DNA of 64,000 bases from Eledone cirrhosa (taxonomy: Eukaryota): assembly GCA_964016885.1 (NCBI GenBank), contig OZ024743.1, positions 370,326,001 to 370,390,000 of the forward strand, written 5' to 3'. The stretch's first letter is position 1; every line of letters starts with the position of its first letter. The position numbers and the translations under genes were made by a program. Below the pieces are notes generated by a model that saw nothing but the letters and a program-made list of their open reading frames with translations, was not told the origin of the DNA and made no database searches. This document shows positions 12,403 to 28,235 of the stretch, piece by piece.

Positions 12403-12787
12403 TGTAGCGTAGCGGCCCCTTACGACTGTGACTCACCACGTATGGGAGTTGCGTCCCTTTACGACGGTCGTAACTCACCACGTATAGGAGTTACGTCCCT
12501 TTGCGACAGGCGCGACCCCCATTGGCAGATTCATATACTAAATGGAGTTGCATCCCCCTGGGGACTATGTGTCTGAGGGCTGGCAAGCCATCAGCCTCTC
12601 TCGCATCCTGAACTCCGAAGCGACAACAAGAACATCTGAGACCTTGTCAAGAGATGACTCCTGTCTCACTTCCTTCGCCAGCAAAAAGTAGAATACCGGC
12701 AGCCTAAAGAAATACTAACACCTCCAAGAGAAGATTTCTGCTCTTCTCTACACACTCGAGTCTGGGAATTGTGACCAACAGGTAACA
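12403..12787. mobile_element. Possible solo LTR with an internal ~42-bp tandem duplication
   Basis: TGT...ACA ends and repeated ACTCACCACGTATrGGAGTTrCGTCCCTTT. No TSD seen. Confidence 0.3.
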
Positions 12788-12971
12788 AATTATTTATATT
12801 AATTTATTTGACTTCTGTGAAGTAAAAAACACCGGCATCTATTGTCATTCTTGATAATATATATATGTTCACTGATACTAATCTCCTAAATACTCAATAC
12901 ATAGCAGAGTATAAATACTTAATATAGAAATGGCTTCTACAGGACTAGAACTCATATATATATATATATAT

Positions 12972-13790
12972 AATTAAACAGTGACATAAACAGGTAGTCA
13001 AGTTTCGTTGGGTTCTGGGCCCCAATTTCTTCAGCCTGTCCTGAGGAAGATAAAAAACAAAGATGGCCGCCTATGGTTGATTGTGCTTTCCCTATGGGGA
13101 TATAACAAAAGAGTTTACACAGGAGCAGGTAATTTAGAAAACGGAGTTATTTTTAAAAAGAGGTTAAGATACTAGGGAAGTAACTCTTGAGAGACCACAG
13201 TCAATTTAGAATGGAAATAGAAGCACAATAATTTCTTCTAGTTAACTGCATGGATCACATTTCACTGAAATACAATATAGTCAGTAACTCGAAAGATATT
13301 TCTGGACCTGTTAGTCAGGCCTAAGCCATTTATCCAAAATATATTTCTAAAAACCGGTTCCGGAATCACAAAACAACATTCAGATATCCTGATAAAAAAC
13401 ACACCACCCTGCTCGCAAACCACGTATGGGACCATAAGAACAATGGCATGCCTTTACCATCAAATGGCGTATTGTAGAAAGATCTACCACCTACATAAAT
13501 GGGTCAAAATTTTGTCAGCTTTGTAATTCCGAAAAATGGTGGATACTCTCACAATTAACTTCGGATAAGCACTACCCCAACACACGACTCGATTGCTTTG
13601 GTGGTTGTCCCCATGTGAAGAAATATATTTTGGATAAATGGCTTAGGTCTGACTAACCGGTCCAGAAGTATCTTTCGAGTTACTGGCTATATTGTATTTC
13701 AGTGTAATGTGATCCCTTGAGTCAACTAGAAGAAATTATTGTGTTTCTATTTCCATTCTAAATTGACTGTGGTCTCTCAAGTGTTACTTG
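12972..13790 (+). mobile_element. 5'-truncated Penelope-like element with inverted pseudo-LTR
   Basis: ~13350-13640 translates (one frameshift) to a GIY-YIG C-terminus: KNRFRNHKTTFRY...IKWRIVE...CQLCNSEK...CPH. Inverted repeat 13178-13348 / 13619-13789. (TA)n flanks. Confidence 0.75.
12990..13039 (-). ncRNA. Minimal type I hammerhead ribozyme motif (slightly degenerate)
   Basis: Minus strand: ACAGG-CTGAAGA-AATTGGG GCCCAGAA CCCAAC-GAAA-CTTGAC-TA-CCTGT. Stem III closing pair imperfect. Confidence 0.6.
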
Positions 13791-13951
13791 GATATTTCCA
13801 CTTAACTTTTACTTCAGTATATATGTATATATATATATATATATACATATATAAACATATATAAATAAAAACACACACGGACACCCGGATGTATGAACAA
13901 CCATCTGGTTGTGGAACCAACCAACCGGAAATTTATAAAAAAATGTTATTA

Positions 13952-14074
13952 ATTTATAATAAATTGGAGTGAAAGCAACTAGTGCGTGTGTTTCTTATTG
14001 GCAACATGACCCTCCCAAAGTGTAACAATAAGAAACACACGCACCAGTTGCTTTCATTCCAATTTATTATAAAT
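13952..14074. repeat. ~49-bp inverted repeat (hairpin), probably a PLE end fragment
   Basis: ATTTATAATAAATTGGAGTGAAAGCAACTAGTGCGTGTGTTTCTTATTG and its near-perfect reverse complement, beside (TA)n. Confidence 0.7.
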
Positions 14075-14249
14075 AAAATATATATATATATATATATATA
14101 TATAGGTATGTGTGCAGCAAAAATGGCCGTAGATAGGAATAAAGAAAACAGTGCACTATCTAGTGCAAAACTATTAGTATTTATTCATACAAGTAACATG
14201 TATTGCGGTATTTTAGGTTTCAAGGTTTACTTATGACCCCACCCACTGC

Positions 14250-14306
<57 letters not shown>

Positions 14307-14347
14307 ATGATATTAATAAAGAGAAACTATATTTATAAAACAATATT

Positions 14348-14408
14348 TATTCTATTATATATATTTCAAGGGTACCAAAACTCTGGTACGCCCTCGTCAG
14401 ATAAAATA
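14348..14408 (-). ncRNA. Minimal type I hammerhead ribozyme motif
   Basis: Minus strand: TATTTTAT-CTGACGA-GGGCGTACCAGAGTTTTGGTACCCTT-GAAA-TATATA-TA-ATAGAATA. Confidence 0.75.
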
Positions 14409-14617
14409 CAAATTTTGTTTTATAAATAGTGACATACCCAGGAATCAGACCTTAACGGTTCAAGTTACGTTTGGATAGTGAAAGGAAAGAGGGAAAAGGG
14501 GAAGAAAGGAAAAAAACAAATATCTCAAATTATTTTGATAAATATGCAAATGAAGTTGAAGCGTAGGGCTGAAAAAATCGTTATTTTTAGACACTAGGTA
14601 GATTTAAATAATTATTA

Positions 14618-14689
<72 letters not shown>

Positions 14690-16067
14690 GGGGGGGGGGG
14701 AAGAGAAGCTTATATTAATAGTATTACAGTGTGCGTGAATTTAAAAATTGAAACGTTAAAAATTAAAAGTTTGTTGAAGTGGTGGAATATCAATCCAGAA
14801 TTTAAAAAATATTTAACTAAATCATGAGTTATAATATTATATATATAATCATTATAATTAGATTATATGAAGAATTATGGTCGTAAGTACACTTTATCTT
14901 ATTATATTACAAGAGGTTGTAAATATATAGGGATTAATCTATAGGGATTAATAAATATATAAATATAAATATTATGCTGTTATTTTTTATAGATATATAA
15001 CACACATATTAATTTGTTTATATTTCTAATATAAATTACGAAGGATGTTGAGTCTACATTTTAAATATATAGTTAAGAAAAAAGACGTAGTTCAAATTTT
15101 AAGAGAAGAACATTTTGTACATTCAAATAGGTTCATCAAAAATTGAAAATATTTACAGAAAATGATTAAGTTAGCGAAATTACATAGAATTTAACATACA
15201 AGTTGTTATGCAGCATGTCCATGTTTGCTCAATTGATAACTCCAATATTATTTGTTAAACTGTTAATGTTAGATTGTATGAATAATTTTCTTAGAAAATG
15301 CGGAATGTATGTAGAGAAAATTATATATTATTTTGTGTGAGATTATAAGGTATTTTATATTACATGTTTTCAAGGATGAGAATTTCAATTATATATGTAT
15401 TTAGATACTATCTACGTCGATAGATGTGTGAAAAGTTTAAAAATTAACAGAAGAAAAAAATATATTATTAGATAAGTCAAGAGTGCATTTAGAAAAACTA
15501 TCGTAAAGAGGATATCATTCAAAATATCAATTAAAGAGTATCAATCTAAAAAAATACATTAAGAAGAGTATCATTTGGAAAAGAATATCATTGGTAAAAA
15601 TATTAATTTAAGAAGAAAAAGATCATTTAAAAAAAATCACTAAACAACAGAAGCATTGTAAAGACATATAAGATGTAGTCAAGTGTAATGAATATTATAG
15701 ATACTTCGGAAAGGCGTTCTTTGGCGATGCCTGAAAGAACTGAATAATTCATTTTTTTTTTTTTTTTAATTAATAGAATTTTGACAGTTAAGTATATAAA
15801 AAAATTCCTCGATACACAAATGACAGATCATTGGGAGAGCCATATTTCGGTATGCGGGTGTTTTCGAAATCGTTCCCCTAGCTTCTAAAAATAACGATTT
15901 TTTTCAGCCCTACGCTTCAACTTCATTTGCATATTCATCAAAATAATTTGAAATATTTGTTTTTTTCCTTTCTTCCCCTTTTCCCTCTTTCCTTTCACTA
16001 TCCAAACGGAACTTGAACCGTTAAGGTCTGATTCCTGGGTATGTCACTATTTATAAAACAGACTTTG

Positions 16068-16127
16068 TATTTTATCTGATGAGAAGTACCAAAGTTTTGG
16101 TACCCTTGAAATATATATAATAGAATA
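16068..16127 (+). ncRNA. Minimal type I hammerhead ribozyme motif
   Basis: TATTTTAT-CTGATGA-GAAGTACCAAAGTTTTGGTACCCTT-GAAA-TATATA (palindromic stem III)-TA-ATAGAATA. Confidence 0.75.
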
Positions 16128-16282
16128 AATATGGTTTTATAAATATAGTTTTCATTTATTAATATCATTGATATTATACTCCAGAAAACTTGTCGAGTGC
16201 TTCGAATCTGTTATAAATATATTTGTTGAATTACCAACAAATTAAATATCCCTTTGATTATATATATATATATATATATGTG

Positions 16283-16698
16283 TGTACAGCCACCGGAAAT
16301 AACATCTGTGAAATAAACAACAACTTTATCTATCTGCTTAGCTAGCTACCTCACCGTGAAACATACAACCCTTAAAGCCACTAAAATAAAACGCCTATGC
16401 AGCGATTAAACATCAAACGATTATTTTTGTATAAATAGAGTGATTCCAAACACTTTCGCCAGTCGACCTTTGGCAGAGTCAGCTCGCGTATCGTTGTTCC
16501 TCTCCTCTGCCACGTACCTCTGTATCGTCGCTTCATGTATGAAAATAAATAGCTGACCGAAACTACATCTCTCGCCTTGCTCGTCCTTTCAGTTTGTGCT
16601 TCCGTCTGTTCATCCTTACCGTATGTGACAACAGTCCTTTTAAGGGCTATTCTCGGATCCGCTCAGAAGTAGTTACCAGACCCACTAACCACGTCGCT

Positions 16699-16701
<3 letters not shown>
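16283..16701. mobile_element. Possible solo LTR / unclassified repeat
   Basis: TGTA...TACA ends embedded in (TG)/(CA)/(TA) microsatellites. No coding signal. Confidence 0.3.
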
Positions 16702-16742
<41 letters not shown>

Positions 16743-17004
16743 AATTAAAAATACAATGAAAAAATGGACCAAAATATACCTAATTTTTCTTCAAAGTCCC
16801 AACTGAATTTTTTGCCGAATTCGTGTGCAGCAATATGTACTTTAGAAGTGCATCATCATTGTAAGGTTGATAATGCTTATCAAGAAACCCCTCAAAATTG
16901 AGTGTTTCTTGACGCTTTCGTACCAAGTGTTAAGGTGTACATCACACATATACATTTGAATATGTGTTTAAATCATTATTACATATATATAGATATTTAT
17001 ATAT

Positions 17005-20000
17005 ATCATCATTATCATCATTTTACGTCCGCTTTTCCCTGCTTGCAAGGGTGGGACGGGTCCTATTCAGCACAGCATTTCTCTACTTGTCACGGTCCTT
17101 CGTCATCTTCTCCGTGAGTTTCAGCGATCTGACGTCTGCTTTCACCAACTCCGCCCATGTTTTTCGTGGTCTTCCTCTACTGCGTCTTCCTTCTACTGGC
17201 ATTTCTTGGCACTTCTTTAACCAGCGGTCATCCTCCATGCATATCATATGTCCATACCATCTCAGTCTTCTCTCCTGCAGACCACAACTTATCCCTCTTA
17301 TTCCCAGTTTCTCTCTAAACTCATCTATGCTTGGTCGTTCACGCACATTGGCATTGCACATCCAACGGAGCATGCTTGCTTCATTTCTCTCCAGCCATCG
17401 CATATCCTCTGCAGTTGCTGCCCATGTTTCACTACCATGCAGCATCGCGCATGTCACACAGGCATCATATAACCAGCCTTTCGTACGCAGGGAGAAACCC
17501 TTCTTTGTCAACAGAGGAAGCAGCTCCCTAAACTTCTTCCAACCCGTCCTTATTCTAGATACTATGGCTTCGGAACACACACCCCTCCCATGCTAATCTG
17601 ATCACCTAGGTACTGGAAGCTATCAACCACTTCTGTAGAACCCACCTGCTTTGAAAAATGTGTCTATCACTGCGATTACTACTCACAACTTTCCCTGTAC
17701 ATCTACTGCATAAATAGTTTTCCCTACCTGTTAGTTTGCCTGTTATCCCACTACATCTCTTGTGTACTCAAGATCTGCATTGCGTACATTTTATAGAATT
17801 TATGCCAGTTCCTTTTCTACATATCGAATATGGCTATTTCCCTGATGGAATCAGAGTTTTGTCCTCTCTTCTACTTATCAACACTTTTGTCTTAGCTATT
17901 TTCACTCTCAGTCCTCTTGATTCCAAGTGCTGTTTTCATAGCCAGAATTTATTCTCTAGCGCCTCTACTGAGTGTGCTATAAGAACCAGATCATCAGCAT
18001 AGAGAGGTTCCCATGGGCAGCCAGTCTTAAACTCCTCTGTTATGACTTGGAGGACTATGATGAACATGACTAGGCTGAGGACCGAACCCTGATAAGTTCC
18101 TACTTGTATCTGGAATTCGTCACTAAACTCCATTCTTACTCTCACTTTACTGACAGCATCTCTGTACAAAGCTTGCACTGTCCTCACAAGCCATTCCTCT
18201 ATACCTAGTTTTCTTAGGGACCACCAGATGACAGATTTGGGTACCCTATCAAAGGCCTTCTCTAGGTCAACACAAGCTAAGTGTAGTGGCTTATTCTTCT
18301 CTAAGAACCTCTCTTGTAGTTGTCTCACTAAGAAGAGGGCATCTGTTGTACTTTTCCCAGGCACTAAACCAAACTGCATCTCATCTAGTTTGACCCCTTC
18401 TCTAATCAGCTGCGCTAATATTCTCTCTGCCACTTTCATAACCTGATCCATCAGCTTTATGCTTCTATAATTGCTCCTCTCCAGAGCATCCCCTTTACCT
18501 TTGTAGCATTTATGAATACTGCTGCACCAGTATTTGGGTATGGCACCACCATATATAGCTTGATTAATGATGCGTGCAACCAGTTTAGTGCCTACTTCTC
18601 CTGATGCCTTCAGCATCTCAGCAACGATCCCCGACGGTCCAGAAGCCTTATCATTTTTTATTTCCTTAATTGCCTCTTGGACCCTATATTCGTCAATCTC
18701 AATAGCTGGTCCCTCTGTCGGGTCTACTGGGGGTAATTTCTCTCTCTCCCATTCCTTCTCCACGTACATCAGTCTCTCATAATGACATTTCCAGGCCTCC
18801 TTTTTTTGGATCATTCGTGACACTAAGTACACCGGCATCATTCCGGACACACTTATCTCCAACAACATCCTGATTTGCATTGACACATCGCCTTGCAATG
18901 CGGAACACTGCACGTCTCTAATCTTCCCGTCGCAGAACATTGGCAAACCTCCTACTCTCAGCCTCCCTGCGTGCTAAGTACACCTGACGTCTAGCTCCTC
19001 TCTTAGCGGTTGTGTATGATCTCTACTCCCACCATTTTTTTCCAAGCGTTCCATGTTAGTCTTCTGTCTCTAAAGGCCCTGTCTACCGTGCTGTTCCACC
19101 ACCAGGTCACTCTCTGTCTGGTTGGAGCTCTGCTCCAGCCACAAGTTTCTTCAGTAGCCTGCAGTATGTTGTCACATAAGAAATTCCAGTTATCATCCAT
19201 GTCATATGACTCTAAATCGTCTTCTTTTTCGTCATACACATCTTGAAGGGCTTTCCTAAATTTATATTTTAGTGAAAGGTCTTTTAACTTCCAGACCTTT
19301 CTTTTCCACGCATTCCTGTATGTCTCATTCTGTCTCTTGCTAATGAGATGTCACTAACGACTAACCTATGCTGTGGGGTACATTCTTCCCCGGGGTATTC
19401 TTTAGCATTTGACACCATCAGTCTGTCTCGCTGTCTAACTATCAGGAAGTCAATATGGCATATGTGCTCGCCTGATTTGTAGGTTATTAGGCGGTTGGTA
19501 GGTTTCTGGAAGTTAGTGTTGCAAATGGTTAGTGCACTTGTATCAAAAAATTCAAGAAGCCTCACTCCTTCTTCATTTCTTGAGCCATAACCGCGCCCAC
19601 CATGTAACCCAGTTTATCCATCCTGGAGATGTCCAACATGTCCATTGAAGTCCCCTGCTAGCATAACGATGTCATTGTGGCTGTCTGTAAAAGTTGCTCG
19701 TAAAAACAGTCTTTCTCTTCTTTACCTAGGCCTGCCTGGGGAGCATAGGCAGAGATGATTGTCAGTAATCTCTTGCCTACAACTAATCTAAGCTTAATTA
19801 TTCTATTACTAACTCTAACTATCTCTATTGTCTTATCGATCCATCTCTCAGCCAGTAAAATGCCCACCCACCTAACCCATCATCTTTACCCACCCAGAAA
19901 AGTTTATAAGTAAGATGTTTGCCTGGGATTAGTCTTGCAGAGGCACCTCTCCATATCATCTCTTGCACACAGCACACATCCACATGCCTTCTCTCCAGCA

Positions 20001-20170
20001 TCTCTGCTATCTCACCAGATCTACCTGTTAGAATGCCAACATTAAGTGCGGCAACTCTGAGATGCGACGTCTTCATATTCTTGTTCTTGTTCCAGTTGTG
20101 TGATTGCTTGATGACGGTCGGGGGGTTCTCGCACATGGCCGCACCAGCCACCCCACTACCGTGCACAGCC
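17005..20170 (-). mobile_element. RTE-clade LINE, near full length, frameshifted
   Basis: APE motifs (AALNVG, VCCVQE, ISAYAPQ, IDF, PQHRLVV) and RT motifs (KASGPSG, QFGLVPGKSTTDA, DLEKAFDRV, QGSVLS, YADDL). C-terminal RRLRWYGH...RGRPRKTW and a (TGA)n-like tail. Confidence 0.93.
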
Positions 20171-20213
20171 CTAACATGGTTAGTGTTATTGCTGTATATG
20201 CAGTTGTTGTTGT

Positions 20214-20246
<33 letters not shown>

Positions 20247-20256
20247 TTATATATAT

Positions 20257-20849
20257 TAGTTAATATAAATTAATATATTTGATAAACACAAATACCAACA
20301 TATCCGTGTTTGTATTGTAAACGACTAAAGTTAGCTAGCTCGAAAAATATTAATTATAATACTACAGTTTGCCTGTCTCGATTTAAAATAATAAATCAAT
20401 AAAAACAAAGCATTTTGGCAAATGGCCGTGGTGCTTGGACAAATGTAAATTTCAAAATCAAACCTGTTCCGTAGACAGGTTTAAACCTTAAAATCCAAAT
20501 ATGTTTCGAAAAATGAAAAAAGTGGAAAAAATACCGCATTTATATCTCCTCAGCAAGCACAGAAAAATTGGTATGTTCCACTTCAAAATATTTAAAAAGA
20601 CTGTTTAACGCACATCGTTTATCACATACGGTTATCCAGTGTCTAGCTGCCCCATACTCGTGCTGCTAGAAATAACAGCCGTTTATATGGGGCTAAATTT
20701 AGCTCTACGTAAGGAGCAGTATACTATTAATAATGAGTTCAAACCTCAGGCAGTCGTTTACAATGTAATAGCTCAAAGAAAGAAGTATTTCCGAGCCGTG
20801 TAATACTAGTTAATATAAATTAATATATTTGATAAACACAAATACCAAC
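20257..20849. mobile_element. Unclassified ~550-bp element with 43-bp terminal direct repeats in (TA)n
   Basis: TAGTTAATATAAATTAATATATTTGATAAACACAAATACCAAC at 20257 and 20807. Subterminal inverted ATTGTAAACGACT. Confidence 0.5.
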
Positions 20850-20957
20850 TATATATATATATATATATATAGGAACGATCGACTTTCGTCAAATCGGACC
20901 AAGGAAACAATGTTTCCGTTGGTCTTTCCAATTGCTAATACTATCTATCGGTCACAA

Positions 20958-21089
20958 CTCCAGGTAGAAGGAGCAACGTGAAATAAAGTGTCTTGCTCAA
21001 GGACATAACGCATCGCCCGGTCTGGGATTCGAACTCAGAACCTCACAATTGCGTATCTAATTCCCGAACCAGTCTGCCACACGCCTTCA
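20958..21089 (-). mobile_element. tRNA-derived SINE, 5' part
   Basis: Minus strand B-box GAGTTCGAATCCC followed by GTCCTTGAGCAAGACACTTTATTTCAC. Same family as 49629-49965. Confidence 0.75.
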
Positions 21090-21179
21090 ATACATACATA
21101 CATACATACATACATACATACATACATACATACATACATACATACATACATACATACATACATACATACATAGATACAT

Positions 21180-21248
21180 GATGGCTGCCCCCTTGTTATC
21201 GAGTATCGCCATTGCACGAGGGAAAATAAAAATAAAATTAATTAATAA

Positions 21249-21281
<33 letters not shown>

Positions 21282-21437
21282 CACATATACACATACATAT
21301 ATACACACATATATATACACACACACGTATACATTAATAATAATAATAATAACAACAATAATAATAACGACAACAACAATAATAATATACATATACATAT
21401 ACATATACACATACACGCACACATAAACATATCTATA

Positions 21438-21470
<33 letters not shown>

Positions 21471-22284
21471 TAGCAACTAACAGCGCTGCGATCGAATGTG
21501 GCTTTTTAGCCCAGCCAATGATCTAAAATGTCTTGCACAGAGTCGGCAACCAAAACATTCACTGGGAATAGTCGGCTGTGGTTGGAGTTCGTGTACTTTT
21601 GCATGTCGCTTGAGCCCTCCTGCTGATTTACATTCTCTACCGCATGTTTGGCAAGCATGATGAGTAGCATCTCCAACAGCAGCCTGATAGTCAACCACTG
21701 GTCTTACTTTATGACTGCGAAGATGACTTTTGAGTCCAGCTTTGCTTAGGCAGAGTCTCGCACAGACGCTGCATGTCAGCACCATAGGAGGACCCTCGCC
21801 GTCTGGAAGTGCCACAGCAATGCCCTTCCTCACATCCCGCTTTACTTTCTCGTATGCGATTCGAGATGCCTCAAAGGCAACTTTTCCCTCATAAACAGTC
21901 TTTCTCCATTTATTACGATCAGCAGCAATATTTTCCCATGTATCAGCAGAGATGTTAGCGTCTTTCAGAGAGGCTTTCAAGGAATCCTTATACCTCTTTT
22001 TTGGTTTATGTGGCGGTCGTTTTCCTTTAACCAACTCTCCATAAAAGAGTTGTTTTGGTATTCTAGAATCCTTCATCCTGGCAAGGTGACCACTCCAACG
22101 GAGTCGTTGCTTAAGCACAAGAGCTTCTATACTGTCACACATAGAGCTTTCCAAAATCGCGACATCACTGATGTGGTCCCTCCAGTGAACGCCATGGATC
22201 CGTCTGAGACACATCTGATGGAAACGCTCCAATTGCTTGAGGTGGTGTCGATATGTGACCCAGGTCTCGCAGGCATAAAGAAGA
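21180..22284 (-). mobile_element. 5'-truncated RTE-type LINE 3' end with three C2H2-type zinc fingers
   Basis: LLYACETW...[11 protein letters not shown]...[11 protein letters not shown]...KKRYKD, then three CxxC...H fingers. (TACA)n on both sides. Confidence 0.88.
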
Positions 22285-22435
22285 CATACATACATACATA
22301 CATACATACATACATACATACATACATACATACATACATACATACATACATACCTTGTGTCTATGTTAGAAACCGACTCTCACTATTGGTAAAAATTTGC
22401 GAAATTAAACCAGAAGAACATACATTCCTACATAC

Positions 22436-26531
<4,096 letters not shown>

Positions 26532-26598
26532 ATGGAAAAGAATGAAACGAAATTTCATTTCTCACTCTTAGTAGGGCTGATACCTAAATATAAGTATG

Positions 26599-26756
26599 TA
26601 TACGTACATACATATATGTGTACAGACGTACAGTAGTATGTATATATACATACATGCACACATGTATATATGTACGTACATATATATATATGTGTGCATG
26701 TATGTGTATATATACATACTACTGTACGTCTGTACACATATATGTATGTACGTATA
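26599..26756. repeat. ~158-bp near-perfect palindrome
   Basis: Arms include the non-simple GTGTACAGACGTACAGTAGTATG / CATACTACTGTACGTCTGTACAC, centred on TGTACGTACA at ~26675 with no spacer. Confidence 0.85.
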
Positions 26757-28140
26757 ATGCGTGTGTGTGAGTGTGAAAATGCAAGTTTACGATTCTGTGT
26801 GTCCGCCTAAAACTAGCAAACTACCGGACCAAACTCCTCAGAATTACCTGTACATATTCACTATAAACTCGGACAGGTTACGGTCGAAAATGTTTTACTT
26901 TGCAAAACAAGAAATTCATTTAAATTCAATTTATCTTATTTTCTAATGAAATTCAAAAGAGATCATCCATTTTGTTTGTTTATGTTATCCAGTCTGTAGA
27001 TAAGAGAGTGAGGGGTGGGAGAGAGAAAGAGAGAGAGTAAGGGATGAGAGAGAAAGATAGAGAGTGGGAGATGGGAGAGAGAGTAAGGGGATGAGAGAGA
27101 AAGAGAGACAGAGTGAGTGGATGGGAGAGAGAGAGAGTAAGGAATGAGAGAGAAAGAGAGAGAGTGGGAGATGGGAGAGAGAGAGAGAGTAAGGGGATGT
27201 GAGAGAGAAGGAAAGAGAGTAAGGGGGTGAGAGAGAAAGACGATGAAAGAGAGAGAAGGAAGGCTTCAAGCGTTGTTAACTTGTATTTCTTTATTATTTG
27301 TACACACGTTTTAACTCTCCCGCTTCCTTAACGTTATTTATCTTTTCTTTATTTTTTGTTCTCTATTCTAATGTGAGAGAGAAAAAGAGAGAGAGAGTAA
27401 TGGGATGGGAGAGAGAGAAGGAAAGTAGCCAGCGTTCATTAACTTTTATTTATTTATTATCTTTACACACTTCTTAACTCTCCCAATATTATTTATCTTT
27501 TATTTATGTTTTATTCGCTATTCTTTAGAGTATGAGAGAGAGAAAGAAAGAGAGGAGATGAGAAAGAGAAAAGGAGTGAGGCGGATGGGGAGAGAAAGAC
27601 AATAAGAAAAGAGAAAAGATGGGAGAGAGCAAAAAAAGTAAAGAGGCAGGAGAGAGCGAGGGTGATTAGAGGGATTCTTTACCTAACGTGTTTCTGCATT
27701 TATATATATATTTACACACACATGTGTGTGTTATGGGGGGGGGGGGGGGAGCGTTCTTTAGCAGACGATATATGTTACCATCAAAGCTTATTTTCTACAT
27801 ACGTCTAAAGAAATCACAGATGCTTTTATAGAAGTTGTATATATGTATGTATTTAACAGACAAAAGAAAAACGGTATTTTAAAAAGATATTATTTGAATA
27901 TATTATTTTCCACTGTTATTTGAATTAACATTTTTTGTAGTGTTTGTCGTTTTGGGGGGCGGAGTTGGATAAAAAAAATGATAATTTCAGAATACAATCT
28001 GAAATCCCAATATTTTCTACATATGTCTAAAATTAATTACACCTAATATACATTCATATAAAGAGATCATTTAAAACAACTTTACTGAGTGAACAATACA
28101 TTCTATAGTTGTTTCTATTTCAGAAAGAGCGTGGTGTGTA

Positions 28141-28210
28141 ATAATTGTTTCTACTTTTCGCACAAGGCCAGCAATTTTTCCAGTGCATTACTGGTACTTT
28201 ATTTTATCGT
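28141..28210 (-). mobile_element. Truncated SINE (Nin-like family) inside the Helitron
   Basis: Matches the 3' end of the 46 kb SINEs. TSD GTGGTGTGTAATAAT at 28131 and 28211. Confidence 0.8.
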
Positions 28211-28235
28211 GTGGTGTGTAATAATATCACTTCAA

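Larger units (their letters stand above)
14303..16260 (+). mobile_element. Penelope-like remnant with ~290-bp inverted pseudo-LTRs
   Basis: 14303-14591 is the reverse complement of 15884-16172. Each arm carries a hammerhead motif. (TA)n on both sides. Confidence 0.7.

Noticed and set aside
13885-13930. Weak hammerhead-like shapes here and at ~16455-16490 and ~16905-16950 (minus strand)
   Set aside because: Core nucleotides and stems are too degenerate to support a call.
20554-20570. Possible 17-nt micro-exon (CTCCTCAG...GTATGT) of the host gene
   Set aside because: Lies inside a repeat-bounded element and has no independent support.
20958-21089. tRNA genes (A/B boxes here, at 46 kb, 49.9 kb and 63 kb)
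   Set aside because: No complete cloverleaf. The boxes are heads of multi-copy SINEs.
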